Origin: Longimicrobiales bacterium
GTDB lineage: Bacteria > Gemmatimonadota > Gemmatimonadetes > Longimicrobiales > Gaopeijiaceae
NCBI GenBank assembly: GCA_965248195.1
Contig: CBDFIQ010000002.1
Coordinates: 2,816,001-2,880,000, forward strand
Reading direction: 5' to 3'
DNA: 64,000 bases
A model generated the notes under the pieces. It had not been told where the DNA came from. It did not search any database and saw only the letters and a list, made by a program, of their open reading frames with translations. The position numbers and the translations under genes are program-made. Numbering within the stretch: the first letter of the stretch is position 1; each line of letters opens with the position of its first letter. Shown piece by piece: positions 20,022 to 29,709 of this stretch.

Positions 20022-21517
20022 GCGATTCGAACGCAGAGCCTGCGCCGACGCCCGCAGAGTGCCACGTGGCGATCATCGACTCTGGGGTGGCCAACCTCGC
20101 GGCCGTCGAGAGCGCCCTGACGGCTCTGGGCGTCGAGTATTCGATCACCGGGGATCCGAAGGCCGTGCTGGAAGCCAGCCACGCGGTTCTGCCCGGCGTG
20201 GGGCGGTTTTCCGCCGGCCTCGAGACCCTTTGTCGTAATGGCCTCGACGAGGCGGTGCGCGAGGTGCACGAACGAGGGACACCGCTCCTCGCCGTCTGCC
20301 TGGGCATGCAGATGCTCGGAGCCGGGAGTGACGAGAGCCCGGACACACTGGGACTCGGCATCGTCTCCGGCCGGTTCCAGCGCTTGCCCGACTCGGTACG
20401 CGTACCCCATCTGGGGTGGAATCAGGTGAGCGCCGATGAGGGCTCCGGCCTCCCGAGCGGTACGGCCGCCTTCGCCAATTCGTTCTACTTGCCGGAGGCT
20501 CCCAGCGGGTGGGACGCCGCCTGGACGACTCACGGAGCGACGTTCGTTTCGATGCTCGCCCAGGGACGGACTCTCGCGTGCCAGTTCCACCCGGAGCTCT
20601 CCGGACCATTCGGCATGGGGCTCATCCAGGACTGGCTCAGAGGAAAGCTTCCGGTGCGGGTAGATCCTGGCTCCGGCGCGGGCGCAAGCGATCCCGCCAC
20701 TACGGCCAAAATCGGCCACGGAAGCCCGGCCCCGGACGAGGGCAACGACCGCACCGTGTGGCGCGAGGTCGCGCCCCGGATCGTCCCTTGTCTCGATGTG
20801 AAGGACGGGAGGGTGGTGAAGGGCATCCGCTTCCAGAACCTCCGAGACGCGGGTGATCCGGCCGACCAGGCCGGAGAGTACGAACGCCAAGGGGCGGACG
20901 AGATCGTCATTCTCGACATCGGGGCCTCCGCCGAGGCGCGCGAAACGCAACGTGAAACGGTGCGCGCCGTGCGCCGGCGCATCCACATCCCGCTCACAGT
21001 AGGCGGCGGCGTCCGAACCGTAGACGACGCGCGGGGCCTTCTGGCTGCAGGCGCCGACAAAGTGAGTGTCAACACGGCCGCCGTCCGGGATCCGAGCCTT
21101 CTGGAGCGGTTGAGCCAGGCATTCGGCACACAGTGTGTGGTGTTGGCCATCGACGCACGCCGATTGGGCGACAGTTGGGACACCCTGGTCGTGGGCGGGA
21201 GGGAGGCGACGGGTATCGACGCGATCGAGTGGGGACGCGAGGGCACGCGCCTCGGGGCCGGCGAGATCCTGCTCACGAGTTGGGATCGGGACGGGACCCG
21301 CGCCGGCTGCGACGTGGAGTTGCTCGAAGCCATGCGCGAGGCGGTGGATGTGCCGGTCATCGCATCCGGCGGCATCGGCACGCCGGACGACGTGGCCACA
21401 GCATTCCGAGCCGGTGCCGATGCCGTCTTGGCCGCCTCGGTCTTTCATGACGGAGACCTCACGGTCGGGCAGATCAAGACTTACGTATCAGAGCAAGGAC
21501 TGGCAGTGCGCCCATGA
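20018..21517 (+). CDS. hisHF: Fused imidazole glycerol phosphate synthase HisH-HisF
   Basis: GTG overlaps hisB stop; LPGVG, VCLGMQ, PHLGWN, QFHPE; then RIVPCLDVKDG, GADKVSVNTAA, DRDGT in one frame. Confidence 0.9.
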   Translation: MSDSNAEPAPTPAECHVAIIDSGVANLAAVESALTALGVEYSITGDPKAVLEASHAVLPGVGRFSAGLETLCRNGLDEAVREVHERGTPLLAVCLGMQMLGAGSDESPDTLGLGIVSGRFQRLPDSVRVPHLGWNQVSADEGSGLPSGTAAFANSFYLPEAPSGWDAAWTTHGATFVSMLAQGRTLACQFHPELSGPFGMGLIQDWLRGKLPVRVDPGSGAGASDPATTAKIGHGSPAPDEGNDRTVWREVAPRIVPCLDVKDGRVVKGIRFQNLRDAGDPADQAGEYERQGADEIVILDIGASAEARETQRETVRAVRRRIHIPLTVGGGVRTVDDARGLLAAGADKVSVNTAAVRDPSLLERLSQAFGTQCVVLAIDARRLGDSWDTLVVGGREATGIDAIEWGREGTRLGAGEILLTSWDRDGTRAGCDVELLEAMREAVDVPVIASGGIGTPDDVATAFRAGADAVLAASVFHDGDLTVGQIKTYVSEQGLAVRP

Positions 21518-22893
21518 TCATTCCCAGCATCGACCTCATGGATGGACGCGCGGTTCAGCTGCGCCGAGGTAAGGAGTTCGTCCTCGACGGAGGCGATCCG
21601 TTCGAGCGGCTCGAGGAGTTCTCCGTGGCGGGCGAGGTCGCGGTCGTCGACTTGGATGCAGCCATGGGAAAAGGATCCAACGCCCCGATCATTCGCGAGT
21701 TGGTCCGGCAGGCGCCTTGCCGCGTCGGTGGCGGGATCCGGGATATCGACACTGCTCTGGCGTGGCTGGACGTCGGCGCGGAACACGTGGTCATCGGAAC
21801 AGCCGCGTCCGTGGAGTTCTGCTCGCTGCTGCCTCGGGATCGGGTCATCGCCGCCGTCGACGCCGAGGCTGGCAGGGTGGTCGTGGAGGGTTGGCAGACC
21901 AAGACCGAACACGGCGTGATCGATCGCATTCAAGAATTGTCACCGGTCGTGGGTGGCTTCCTGCTGACGCAGGTGGAGTATGAGGGGGGTATGTCGGGCT
22001 GGAACGAAGATCTGGTCGGCCAGGCCGTGCAGGCGGCTGGCTCGGTCCGGATCACAGCAGCGGGAGGGATCACCACGGCCGAAGATGTGGGTCGGCTGGA
22101 TCAACTCGGTGCGGACGCCCAAGTGGGGATGGCGCTCTATACGAACCGCATGAGCCTGGGTGAGGCGGTCGGCGCCCCCTTGGTCAAGGCGATCGACGGA
22201 CGACTCTGGCCCACTGTCGTGTGCGATGAAGAGGGGCACGCCCTCGGGCTGGTGTGGAGTACACGTGAGAGCCTCGAGGCGGCGGTGCGGGAACGGCGGG
22301 GAATCTACTGGTCCCGCTCCCGAGATTCGCTCTGGATCAAGGGAGAGACCTCCGGGGCAACCCAGGAGCTGCTTCGCGTGGAGTTGGACTGCGACCGCGA
22401 CGCTCTCCGCTTCGTCGTTCGCCAGCAGGGCTCCGGCTTCTGCCACACGGGAACCCCCGGGTGCTGGCCGACCCCTTTTACGCTCTCTACGCTCTCGGAC
22501 GTCATCGCACGTCGTGGCCAGGAGGCTCCGGAGGGATCAGGGACGGCCAAACTCATGGGAGATCCGGCTCTTCTCGCGTCGAAACTCCGCGAAGAGACGG
22601 AGGAACTGATCCAGGCTCTTCAGACCGACAGAACCGGAGGTGGGACCTCGGACAAGGACGACGCCAGTACCGTGGATGAGGATGGTGCTGGACCCTCGGA
22701 TAAGGACGACGCCGAAAGCGAAGGCGCGAGTGAAGTGATCCACGAGGCGGCCGACCTTCTCTACTTCACGCTCGTCGCCGCCTCGAACCATGGCGCCGGT
22801 GTCGATGCACTCCGCCGTGAACTGGCTCGACGAAACCTCCGGGTTCGGCGGCGGCCGATGACGGCGAAGCCCGACGAGGGAGGGGATCGATGA
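21514..22893 (+). CDS. hisA/hisIE: Fused HisA-HisI-HisE
   Basis: IIPSIDL, VGGGIR, AAGG (HisA); YWSRSR-x2-LWIKGETSG, DCDRD, CHTG-x3-C (HisI); KLREE, HEAADLLY (HisE). Confidence 0.9.
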   Translation: MIIPSIDLMDGRAVQLRRGKEFVLDGGDPFERLEEFSVAGEVAVVDLDAAMGKGSNAPIIRELVRQAPCRVGGGIRDIDTALAWLDVGAEHVVIGTAASVEFCSLLPRDRVIAAVDAEAGRVVVEGWQTKTEHGVIDRIQELSPVVGGFLLTQVEYEGGMSGWNEDLVGQAVQAAGSVRITAAGGITTAEDVGRLDQLGADAQVGMALYTNRMSLGEAVGAPLVKAIDGRLWPTVVCDEEGHALGLVWSTRESLEAAVRERRGIYWSRSRDSLWIKGETSGATQELLRVELDCDRDALRFVVRQQGSGFCHTGTPGCWPTPFTLSTLSDVIARRGQEAPEGSGTAKLMGDPALLASKLREETEELIQALQTDRTGGGTSDKDDASTVDEDGAGPSDKDDAESEGASEVIHEAADLLYFTLVAASNHGAGVDALRRELARRNLRVRRRPMTAKPDEGGDR

Positions 22894-24155
22894 GCCAGCC
22901 CCTTCTCCCCCGCCGCCGGGCGGAGGAGCTCCAACGCCGCAAGAAAGGCGGCGTGCCCCCCGAGATTCTCGCGGAGGCAACGGTCATCGTGGAGCATGTC
23001 CGCACCGGCGGAGAAGAGGCCTTGAGGGAATACACCACTCGCTTCGAGGACTGTGCACCGGACGCGCCCCTCTACCTGACTGGGAAGGCGCTGAAGAACC
23101 ACTTGGTTGATCTCCCCGGGGATGAGCGGAACCGCCTCGAGCGCATTGCCGATCGAATCCGAACGTTCGCCCGGTCGCAGCGAGGAGCGCTCGCGCCGGT
23201 GGACACGCCGGTACCAGGAGGGCGAGCCGGTCACCGTATCGATCCGGTCGAGGCCGCAGGGTGCTACGCGCCGGGCGGCCGCTATCCCCTGCCCTCCTCG
23301 GTGCTCATGACCGTGGTTACCGCACGAGCGGCGGGTGTGCGATCCGTATGGGTCGCGAGCCCCCGCCCAGCCCCGATCACGCTGGCGGCTGCGGCGGTAG
23401 CGGATGCCGACGGCGTCCTGGTCGCGGGCGGAGCCCATGCGATCGCGGCCCTGGCGTTCGGGGTCGGCCCCGTTGCCCCGAGCGACGTCGTGGTAGGCCC
23501 CGGAAATCTGTACGTGACCGCCGCGAAGCAACTGCTCGCCGGACAAGTCCAGATCGATATGCTCGCAGGCCCTTCGGAGCTGGTGGTCATCGCCGACGGC
23601 GACGCCAACCCCGCCTGGGTCGCGGCCGATCTCCTGGCACAGGCGGAGCATGACCCCGATGCGGTGCCGATCCTGATCTCCATCGGCGCGGGCCTCCCCG
23701 CTCTGGTCGAGCGAGAGATCGGGCGTCAGCTCGCGGATCTGCCGACGGCCTCCACGGCAAGGGAGGCGCTCTCGAACGGAGGGGTCATCGCCTGCGAAAC
23801 CGAAGAGGACGCGCGTCTAGCCTGCGACGCCATCGCACCCGAACATCTGCAACTCTCCGTGTCGAACCCCGAAGCCTGGCCGGATCGACTCCGTCACTAC
23901 GGCGCCCTCTTCATCGGTGAACGCGCGGCAGAGGTGTTCGGGGATTACGGCATGGGGCCCAACCACGTCCTGCCCACGGGCGGCACCGCTAGAGCGCGGG
24001 GTGGGCTTTCCGTCATGGACTTCCTCCGGGTGCGCACTTGGATCCGGGCCGATTCGGATCTCGATGCGGATTTGATCGAGGATGTGGCGTGGTTCGCTCG
24101 GCAAGAGGGTCTCGAGGCTCACGCCAGGGCCGCAGAGATCAGGCGGCGCACCTGA
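22890..24155 (+). CDS. hisD: Histidinol dehydrogenase
   Basis: [42 protein letters not shown]. Confidence 0.95.
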   Translation: MSQPLLPRRRAEELQRRKKGGVPPEILAEATVIVEHVRTGGEEALREYTTRFEDCAPDAPLYLTGKALKNHLVDLPGDERNRLERIADRIRTFARSQRGALAPVDTPVPGGRAGHRIDPVEAAGCYAPGGRYPLPSSVLMTVVTARAAGVRSVWVASPRPAPITLAAAAVADADGVLVAGGAHAIAALAFGVGPVAPSDVVVGPGNLYVTAAKQLLAGQVQIDMLAGPSELVVIADGDANPAWVAADLLAQAEHDPDAVPILISIGAGLPALVEREIGRQLADLPTASTAREALSNGGVIACETEEDARLACDAIAPEHLQLSVSNPEAWPDRLRHYGALFIGERAAEVFGDYGMGPNHVLPTGGTARARGGLSVMDFLRVRTWIRADSDLDADLIEDVAWFARQEGLEAHARAAEIRRRT

Positions 24156-24161
24156 ACGAGA

Positions 24162-24197
24162 CATCCCCCTGCGGCCGCTCAGGGCCGCAGGGGGATG
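24162..24197. terminator. Hairpin between convergent genes
   Basis: Perfect 15-bp stem CATCCCCCTGCGGCC / GGCCGCAGGGGGATG with a 6-nt loop. Confidence 0.75.
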
Positions 24198-24223
24198 GTC
24201 GATCCTAATTGACTTCGGAAAAG

Positions 24224-25606
24224 CTAGCGATTGTCGCCCTGGTCGTCGTCGGCCGCCGGGCGTGCCTCCCTCGCCGCGACCTGCCTCTCGAACTCATCCT
24301 GTTCCAGATAGGTCACGTCCACCCAGGCGTGGGCCATTTCATCGACCGTCCGGTCCCCATATCCGACCCACTGACGCGAGTCCGGGTTGTTGGGATTCGA
24401 CTCGGTATTATCGTGCCACGCCGTGAACACGAGCGTCGTGCCCTTGGGAAGCAAAGGAGCCACGTCCTCTTCGTAGACGTAGTTCACGTGCCAATTCCAC
24501 TGGAAGTTGTCGACCGAACTCAGTAATTCTTTGCGGCCATCCGGGTAGATCGCCTCCATGGACATCGCCTTGCCGCGCATGTGCATGTGCGGCTGGAAGT
24601 TCTCCAGACGCCCAGGCGCTTGCATCACATGGAAGTTCTGCGTCACGCTCACCTGCCCCGGAGGAATGTCGAGCTCCTCACCGACCGCCTGGAATAAATT
24701 CAGAACCGTGCGGTTTTCCGGTACGTAGCCCTCGGGGTAGAAGTACACCCCGAGCTCGACCACGTTGTCCCTCACCTCTTCGCCGATCGCGTGCATGTGG
24801 ATCTCCCAACTGATCTGGGAGCCCGGCAGCATCAGCTTACCGGCGTCCGCCGGGAAGACCTCTCCGACCTTACCCACTGCCCACTCCATGAACAGCACGG
24901 CACCCACGCCCGGACCGCCTTGGATGGCGGCCGCTGTGCTCGCGAGGCCCGCCATCCCGCCCTCTTCCCGCTGAAGGAGGAAAGCGAGCGCGTGGTGCAC
25001 GATCTTCCGTCCGTCCGGATACGCCGGCTTCATCTCGATCGCACGCACCCAACGAGGCTCCGTGATCCCGCTGGGAACCGTGGGACGGAACCACTTGTCC
25101 TGAGTTACCGCCGCCAGCGTGTACGGCTCGGACCGAATGATCAGGTCCGGCTCACCGAAACGATCCGCCAGCTGCCAACGGTTCGGATCCGGGAACTCCA
25201 TAGGCGCCGGCTCGTCTGCCGCGTCACCGTACACCGCGCCCTGGTCCACCCAACCCACGATCGTCTCGATCTGTTCGTCCGTCAGGCCACGATCGTTCTT
25301 GAAGCCCTGGATTCCCACGGTACGGTTGATGTGGTACGGAGGCATTATGCGGCTCTCGACCTTGATCTTGATCAGCGGAGCGTACGTCCGCACCTGCTCA
25401 TACGTCAGCAACGACATGGGTGCCACCGAGTTCGGCTGATGACAGATCTGGCACTTCTCCTGCAGGATCGGCGCCACGTCCCGCACGTATGTGACCTGTT
25501 CGCCGGCATCCTGCGCCGGGAGTTCCGCCGCCGGCGAGGCGACCATGGCCATCACTCCGAACGTAATACCGCTCAAGAGCACTCGGCTGATTCTCGTCTC
25601 TGTCAT
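24224..25606 (-). CDS. Secreted heme c + copper type II monooxygenase-like protein (paralog of 2674-4026)
   Basis: Signal peptide; CQICH; IMPPY; VHH, EIHMH, PHMHMRG, FQWNWH, DEMAH. Confidence 0.75.
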   Translation of the reverse strand: MTETRISRVLLSGITFGVMAMVASPAAELPAQDAGEQVTYVRDVAPILQEKCQICHQPNSVAPMSLLTYEQVRTYAPLIKIKVESRIMPPYHINRTVGIQGFKNDRGLTDEQIETIVGWVDQGAVYGDAADEPAPMEFPDPNRWQLADRFGEPDLIIRSEPYTLAAVTQDKWFRPTVPSGITEPRWVRAIEMKPAYPDGRKIVHHALAFLLQREEGGMAGLASTAAAIQGGPGVGAVLFMEWAVGKVGEVFPADAGKLMLPGSQISWEIHMHAIGEEVRDNVVELGVYFYPEGYVPENRTVLNLFQAVGEELDIPPGQVSVTQNFHVMQAPGRLENFQPHMHMRGKAMSMEAIYPDGRKELLSSVDNFQWNWHVNYVYEEDVAPLLPKGTTLVFTAWHDNTESNPNNPDSRQWVGYGDRTVDEMAHAWVDVTYLEQDEFERQVAAREARPAADDDQGDNR

Positions 25607-25629
25607 GAGTCCAATCCCTATTTTCGTAT

Positions 25630-26490
25630 TCACGGGTTGACGGATACCCTCACGAAACCGTTGGACCAGCAGCACTGAGAATGCCCAGCGCCGGCGACCC
25701 CCGAGGAATCGGTGGCACGGATACGTATAACATACTGTCCCGGAGTTTCGAAGCTCACGCTGTTCACGATCGAAACCTCCGCATCGCTGACTCGATGACT
25801 TGCCTCACCGAACGTGACGTCGCCCGGTCCCTGATGCTTGAACCACGTCAGCGTCGCGAGCGTGCTTCGTGTGCCGCCGCGGGAGAACCCGCCGAGTCTC
25901 CGCCCCTTGCCGTCGTCGTTCGCGTACACCGTGATGTCCACGGGCTCGCCCACCGAGGTGCGAAGCGGACCATAGACGATGCCCGATGCTCCGGGGCCCC
26001 TCACCTCCGGGCCGCCTTGCACGAATTGAAGCACCGGGGGCGTGTTGTCATGCGCCCCTTCATGCAGCGCGTCGATCTTCCAATCAGGGTGCAGGTGGCC
26101 CGGAACCATGAAAGTCTGTCCCTTCATCTTCAGAGTCCACGTCACCTCCTGGTCCCCATAATCCCCGGGGACGCGCACAGCGAACGTGCCCCAGTGGCGA
26201 CCCTCCTCGAAGCGCGTCGGCTGATTCTGTGCCAGACCCGCAGGTTCGATCATGTTGTCGGAGCCGAGCGGAATCTCGAGGACTTCTCCCGTATTCCGGT
26301 TGTAGTAGCCGAACGAAAGGCTGTACGTCCCGTCGGCGTTCTCATACCAGCCCTCGTAAGCCGGCGTCACCGTCCGCCCGGTCGCGCTACTCGGCGGCAG
26401 CGGTATCTGTTGTATAGCTGAGATCGGGCCGCCCACCAGGAGCGCGAGCGCAAAGCCGAGACCGTACGTGATTTTTCGTCTTCCTCGCAC
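25630..26490 (-). CDS. Secreted hypothetical protein (Ig/PKD-like C-terminal part)
   Basis: Signal peptide; VTPAYEGWYENADG-x4-FGYYNRN; C-terminal QCCWSN; same strand and adjacent to the monooxygenase-like gene. Confidence 0.7.
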   Translation of the reverse strand: MRGRRKITYGLGFALALLVGGPISAIQQIPLPPSSATGRTVTPAYEGWYENADGTYSLSFGYYNRNTGEVLEIPLGSDNMIEPAGLAQNQPTRFEEGRHWGTFAVRVPGDYGDQEVTWTLKMKGQTFMVPGHLHPDWKIDALHEGAHDNTPPVLQFVQGGPEVRGPGASGIVYGPLRTSVGEPVDITVYANDDGKGRRLGGFSRGGTRSTLATLTWFKHQGPGDVTFGEASHRVSDAEVSIVNSVSFETPGQYVIRIRATDSSGVAGAGHSQCCWSNGFVRVSVNP

Positions 26491-26779
26491 GAGTCGCTCC
26501 TTGGATCACGGGCGCACGCGACATGAGGGGCGGCGGGATGGCGCGCCCTCCGTGGATCGGGCCCAAAATTTCTCATCGCCACGCCCATCGCGCAAGCGAA
26601 AGACCACGGTACTAAGCTTCTACATCCGCTTGCAGCCCTTCGACGTGCTGAAGGCTCTTCTTGGTTCGGGCAGAGAGGACCCGACGATCCTCCTCGTCCC
26701 CCCCGCCGATGATAGAACGATGATACCCACTGATTAGGGTGATCACTCACGACGCTCACTCTAACCAGGAGTCTTATTG

Positions 26780-26968
26780 ATGACGACTTTGACGCTGGAC
26801 GCGATGCGGACGCTCCACGGGGCCGTGATCCCGAGACGAAGAAGAGGGGCATACTGTGGGTTCCTGGTAGGTGCCTTGGCGATGGCCCTTCTAACGGGAA
26901 ATCTGGTCGCCGCCGCGGCTGTCTACACGTTCACACCCGTTACGTGTCTCTTCGATTACGCGATGTAA
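26780..26968 (+). CDS. Double-glycine-type precursor peptide A
   Basis: AGGAG RBS; leader MTTLTLDAMRTLHGA; hydrophobic core with C-x29-C-x6. Confidence 0.75.
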   Translation: MTTLTLDAMRTLHGAVIPRRRRGAYCGFLVGALAMALLTGNLVAAAAVYTFTPVTCLFDYAM

Positions 26969-27017
26969 CGGCCCGGAACAGACACCATGATTCACTTTCA
27001 CCATGAGGATCAGGTCC

Positions 27018-27212
27018 ATGCGAGAGCTTACGATACGTCAAATGTCCGAAGCGGATGGGGGGATAGGTTTCAGAGGCGGCTTCTTTAGGGGGTTTCTTTG
27101 CGGCGCGGCGCTCTTCGCTGCGTTCGCGATCACCCCGACTACCAGTGGGCTCGCACGAGCGGTCATCTATACCACAGCGATAGGAGTCTGTGGCAACGCC
27201 TTTGCCGTCTAG
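27018..27212 (+). CDS. Double-glycine-type precursor peptide B
   Basis: Leader MRELTIRQMSEADGG; hydrophobic core with C-x29-C-x6. Confidence 0.8.
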   Translation: MRELTIRQMSEADGGIGFRGGFFRGFLCGAALFAAFAITPTTSGLARAVIYTTAIGVCGNAFAV

Positions 27213-27218
27213 CAGGTC

Positions 27219-27249
27219 GGGGGCCGGGTCCGTCGGGCACCCGGCCCCC
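27219..27249 (+). terminator. Stem-loop after the precursor genes
   Basis: Perfect 11-bp stem GGGGGCCGGGT / ACCCGGCCCCC with a weak U tail. Confidence 0.65.
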
Positions 27250-27302
27250 TTCCCTGCGGGCTAAGCCATGAATCTTCCGACCACTTCAAGTTGCGACGTC
27301 CG

Positions 27303-28934
27303 ATGAGTACCGCATACAGCAACCTGATTCTGGTCACCCGGGTCAAGCTTCGCATCGTGTGGCGCGAATTCGTCCACAGCGTACACACAACGTTCGAGGG
27401 CAAGTTCGCCGTCGCAGCCATGGTCGCGGCTCCTTTCTTGATGAAGAGTATGTTGGTCTCGAGTGCCCTCCGGCAGGCGAACTTGAGCGAGGACGCCGGA
27501 TGGGTCGTCCTGTGGACCGCCCACCTCTCAATGATGGCAGCGGCCGTTTCGGCCGTCGCCGCCCGGACGGCACGCTCCCTCATCGTGTGCCGACGCGACG
27601 ACTCGCTCGCTCAATACCCCCACGCGAGGCGGGGTCTAGCAGCCTTTCATCTGTGGGGAGAGATCGTGGCCGCCATGGCACTCCCAATCTTCGGCTTCTT
27701 CTACGTGTTCTATGGTGCTTTGGTGAGCAAACTTACGGCGCACCCCGTCATGGGGACGCACCTCCACGTGATCGCGCACGCCGTCGTTTCCCTGGCCCTG
27801 GGAGCGGTGGCGTACCGGCTCACGCTACGCTCGCTCGAGCGGCGACCGACCTGGGGACCAGCGATTTTCCACCTAAGCACGCTCCTCGCTATGTTCGCCT
27901 TCGTCGGGATGGTGGGGGGCCCCCAGTTGCTGCTGGATTTCGCTCCCGATCGAATCGATGAGCTCCGATCGTTCTTCATGGGAGCCGGGCGGTTCTACCC
28001 GCCCGTCACAGCCCTGCTTGGGTCAGCGGTGCGGCCGGGGCCACTATTGGGCTGGTTGATCGGGGTCGGGGTGGCAGGAGCGATCGCCATCGGTGCGGCG
28101 GCGCCTCTCGTTCAGACGCCAAGCACCCTCTTGCTCGGAGAGGTCGAAGGCCCGGTAAATCGTCGTTTCAAGAGCGTTTTTGGGGGTCGGAAACGTATGT
28201 CGACCCACCGAGTGGTTCACGGTGCTCGAATGTTCTTCTTGAAGGACGTCCTCCTAGCCACGGTCCGTTCCCCTCAGGCGTTCATCAGGCGGCAGGGCCT
28301 ATTCCTCGGCACGGTGGGCTTGGCTTCCTACCTGGCCTGGGGGCTCCTTCAGGAGGGCCTCATAGGGGAAACCGAAGCCGAGGCCCTCGTTTTGGGTCTG
28401 GTGGTCTTCCTGGTCTGTGCGGCGGCATATCTCCGAGGACTCGGCTCCCTCGGATCGGAGGGCCCGGCGTTGGCGCTGCTTCGCCCCGTCGTGCGGCCCT
28501 CCGATCTGATGGGCTACAAAACGGTCGCCGCGTTGGCTTCCGTCGTGCCCGCTGGACTCGTGTACGCCGCCGCCGCCGGGGCGCTATCCCAAGCCCTGGA
28601 CATGAGACCCGGTCCAGTGGTCACGGCAGGAATCGGGGGTCTCACAGCCGTGGTTGCGGCCGCATTCGCGGTCTCATTGGCCTTTCTTTTCCCGGACTTC
28701 GAGCGGCGAAACGCTCTCGTGCCCGGCGCCTCGCGAATGGGGAGATACACCTTCATTTCGGCCGCCCTCTACGGCGCTGGAGTCGTCGCGGGTCTCCGGT
28801 GGATGACACGATCGGGGATGCTCGCATCGAGCATGTTCGTCCCGAGCCTCATGACGACGGCCGGAGTGGGGATGGCCTTGACGGTAGTCTTGATGACGTT
28901 GGCTCTTCGCCGATTCCCTCACCTGGAGTACTGA
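27303..28934 (+). CDS. Multi-TM ABC exporter permease
   Basis: About 12 hydrophobic segments in two halves; immediately upstream of an ABC ATPase. Confidence 0.65.
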   Translation: MSTAYSNLILVTRVKLRIVWREFVHSVHTTFEGKFAVAAMVAAPFLMKSMLVSSALRQANLSEDAGWVVLWTAHLSMMAAAVSAVAARTARSLIVCRRDDSLAQYPHARRGLAAFHLWGEIVAAMALPIFGFFYVFYGALVSKLTAHPVMGTHLHVIAHAVVSLALGAVAYRLTLRSLERRPTWGPAIFHLSTLLAMFAFVGMVGGPQLLLDFAPDRIDELRSFFMGAGRFYPPVTALLGSAVRPGPLLGWLIGVGVAGAIAIGAAAPLVQTPSTLLLGEVEGPVNRRFKSVFGGRKRMSTHRVVHGARMFFLKDVLLATVRSPQAFIRRQGLFLGTVGLASYLAWGLLQEGLIGETEAEALVLGLVVFLVCAAAYLRGLGSLGSEGPALALLRPVVRPSDLMGYKTVAALASVVPAGLVYAAAAGALSQALDMRPGPVVTAGIGGLTAVVAAAFAVSLAFLFPDFERRNALVPGASRMGRYTFISAALYGAGVVAGLRWMTRSGMLASSMFVPSLMTTAGVGMALTVVLMTLALRRFPHLEY

Positions 28935-28947
28935 CTGGAGTACCGAA

Positions 28948-29709
28948 ATGAGCGAGACGCCTCACATCAGCGTGGACGCGCTCACCAAGCGCTTCGGAGC
29001 GATCACTGCCGTGGCCGACCTCAGCTTGTCGCTCGAGGCGGGTCAGATCGTGGGCCTCCTCGGCCCCAATGGGGCCGGCAAGACCACGACCCTCAACACC
29101 ATCATGGGCCTGAAAACGCCCACATCAGGCGACGTGCGTATCAACCGCGTGAGCGTGCAATCGCCTGAGATCGCGTCGGTGAGGCGCGGAATCGGGTACC
29201 TGCCCGAACAACCGGTGTTGTACGACTATCTGACCGGCCGGGAGTTCGTCCAATTCCTAGGGCAGCTCTACGACGCCGCCTTGGACCTCGATGACTGGCT
29301 TACCGACAACCTCGACGCCCTCGAAATGGGCCAAGACGCTGATCGCTTGATCCGGACATACTCGTTGGGCATGCGCAAGAAGATCGCGTTCCTGGCGGCC
29401 ATGGTGCACCGGCCGAACATCCTGATCTTCGACGAGCCGACCGGCGCGCTGGATGCGGCGAGCGCCAGAGTGGTCAAAGACCAAATGCAGATCGCACGTG
29501 ATGGCGGGGCTCTCGTCCTGTTCACGACTCATGTCATGGAGATCGCGGAGCGCCTCGCCGATCGAATCGCGATCCTCAATCACGGCAGTTTGGTAGCGGA
29601 CGGAACGTTGAAAGAGATCAAGGAAGCGCACGCACGTTCCGGGCGTGATACCCTCGAGGAGATCTTCCTCAGGCTCACGGCTTCGCAGCCGGAGCACACA
29701 TCAAGATGA
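28948..29709 (+). CDS. ABC transporter ATP-binding protein
   Basis: GPNGAGKT, YSLGM, LIFDEP, TTH. Confidence 0.95.
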   Translation: MSETPHISVDALTKRFGAITAVADLSLSLEAGQIVGLLGPNGAGKTTTLNTIMGLKTPTSGDVRINRVSVQSPEIASVRRGIGYLPEQPVLYDYLTGREFVQFLGQLYDAALDLDDWLTDNLDALEMGQDADRLIRTYSLGMRKKIAFLAAMVHRPNILIFDEPTGALDAASARVVKDQMQIARDGGALVLFTTHVMEIAERLADRIAILNHGSLVADGTLKEIKEAHARSGRDTLEEIFLRLTASQPEHTSR

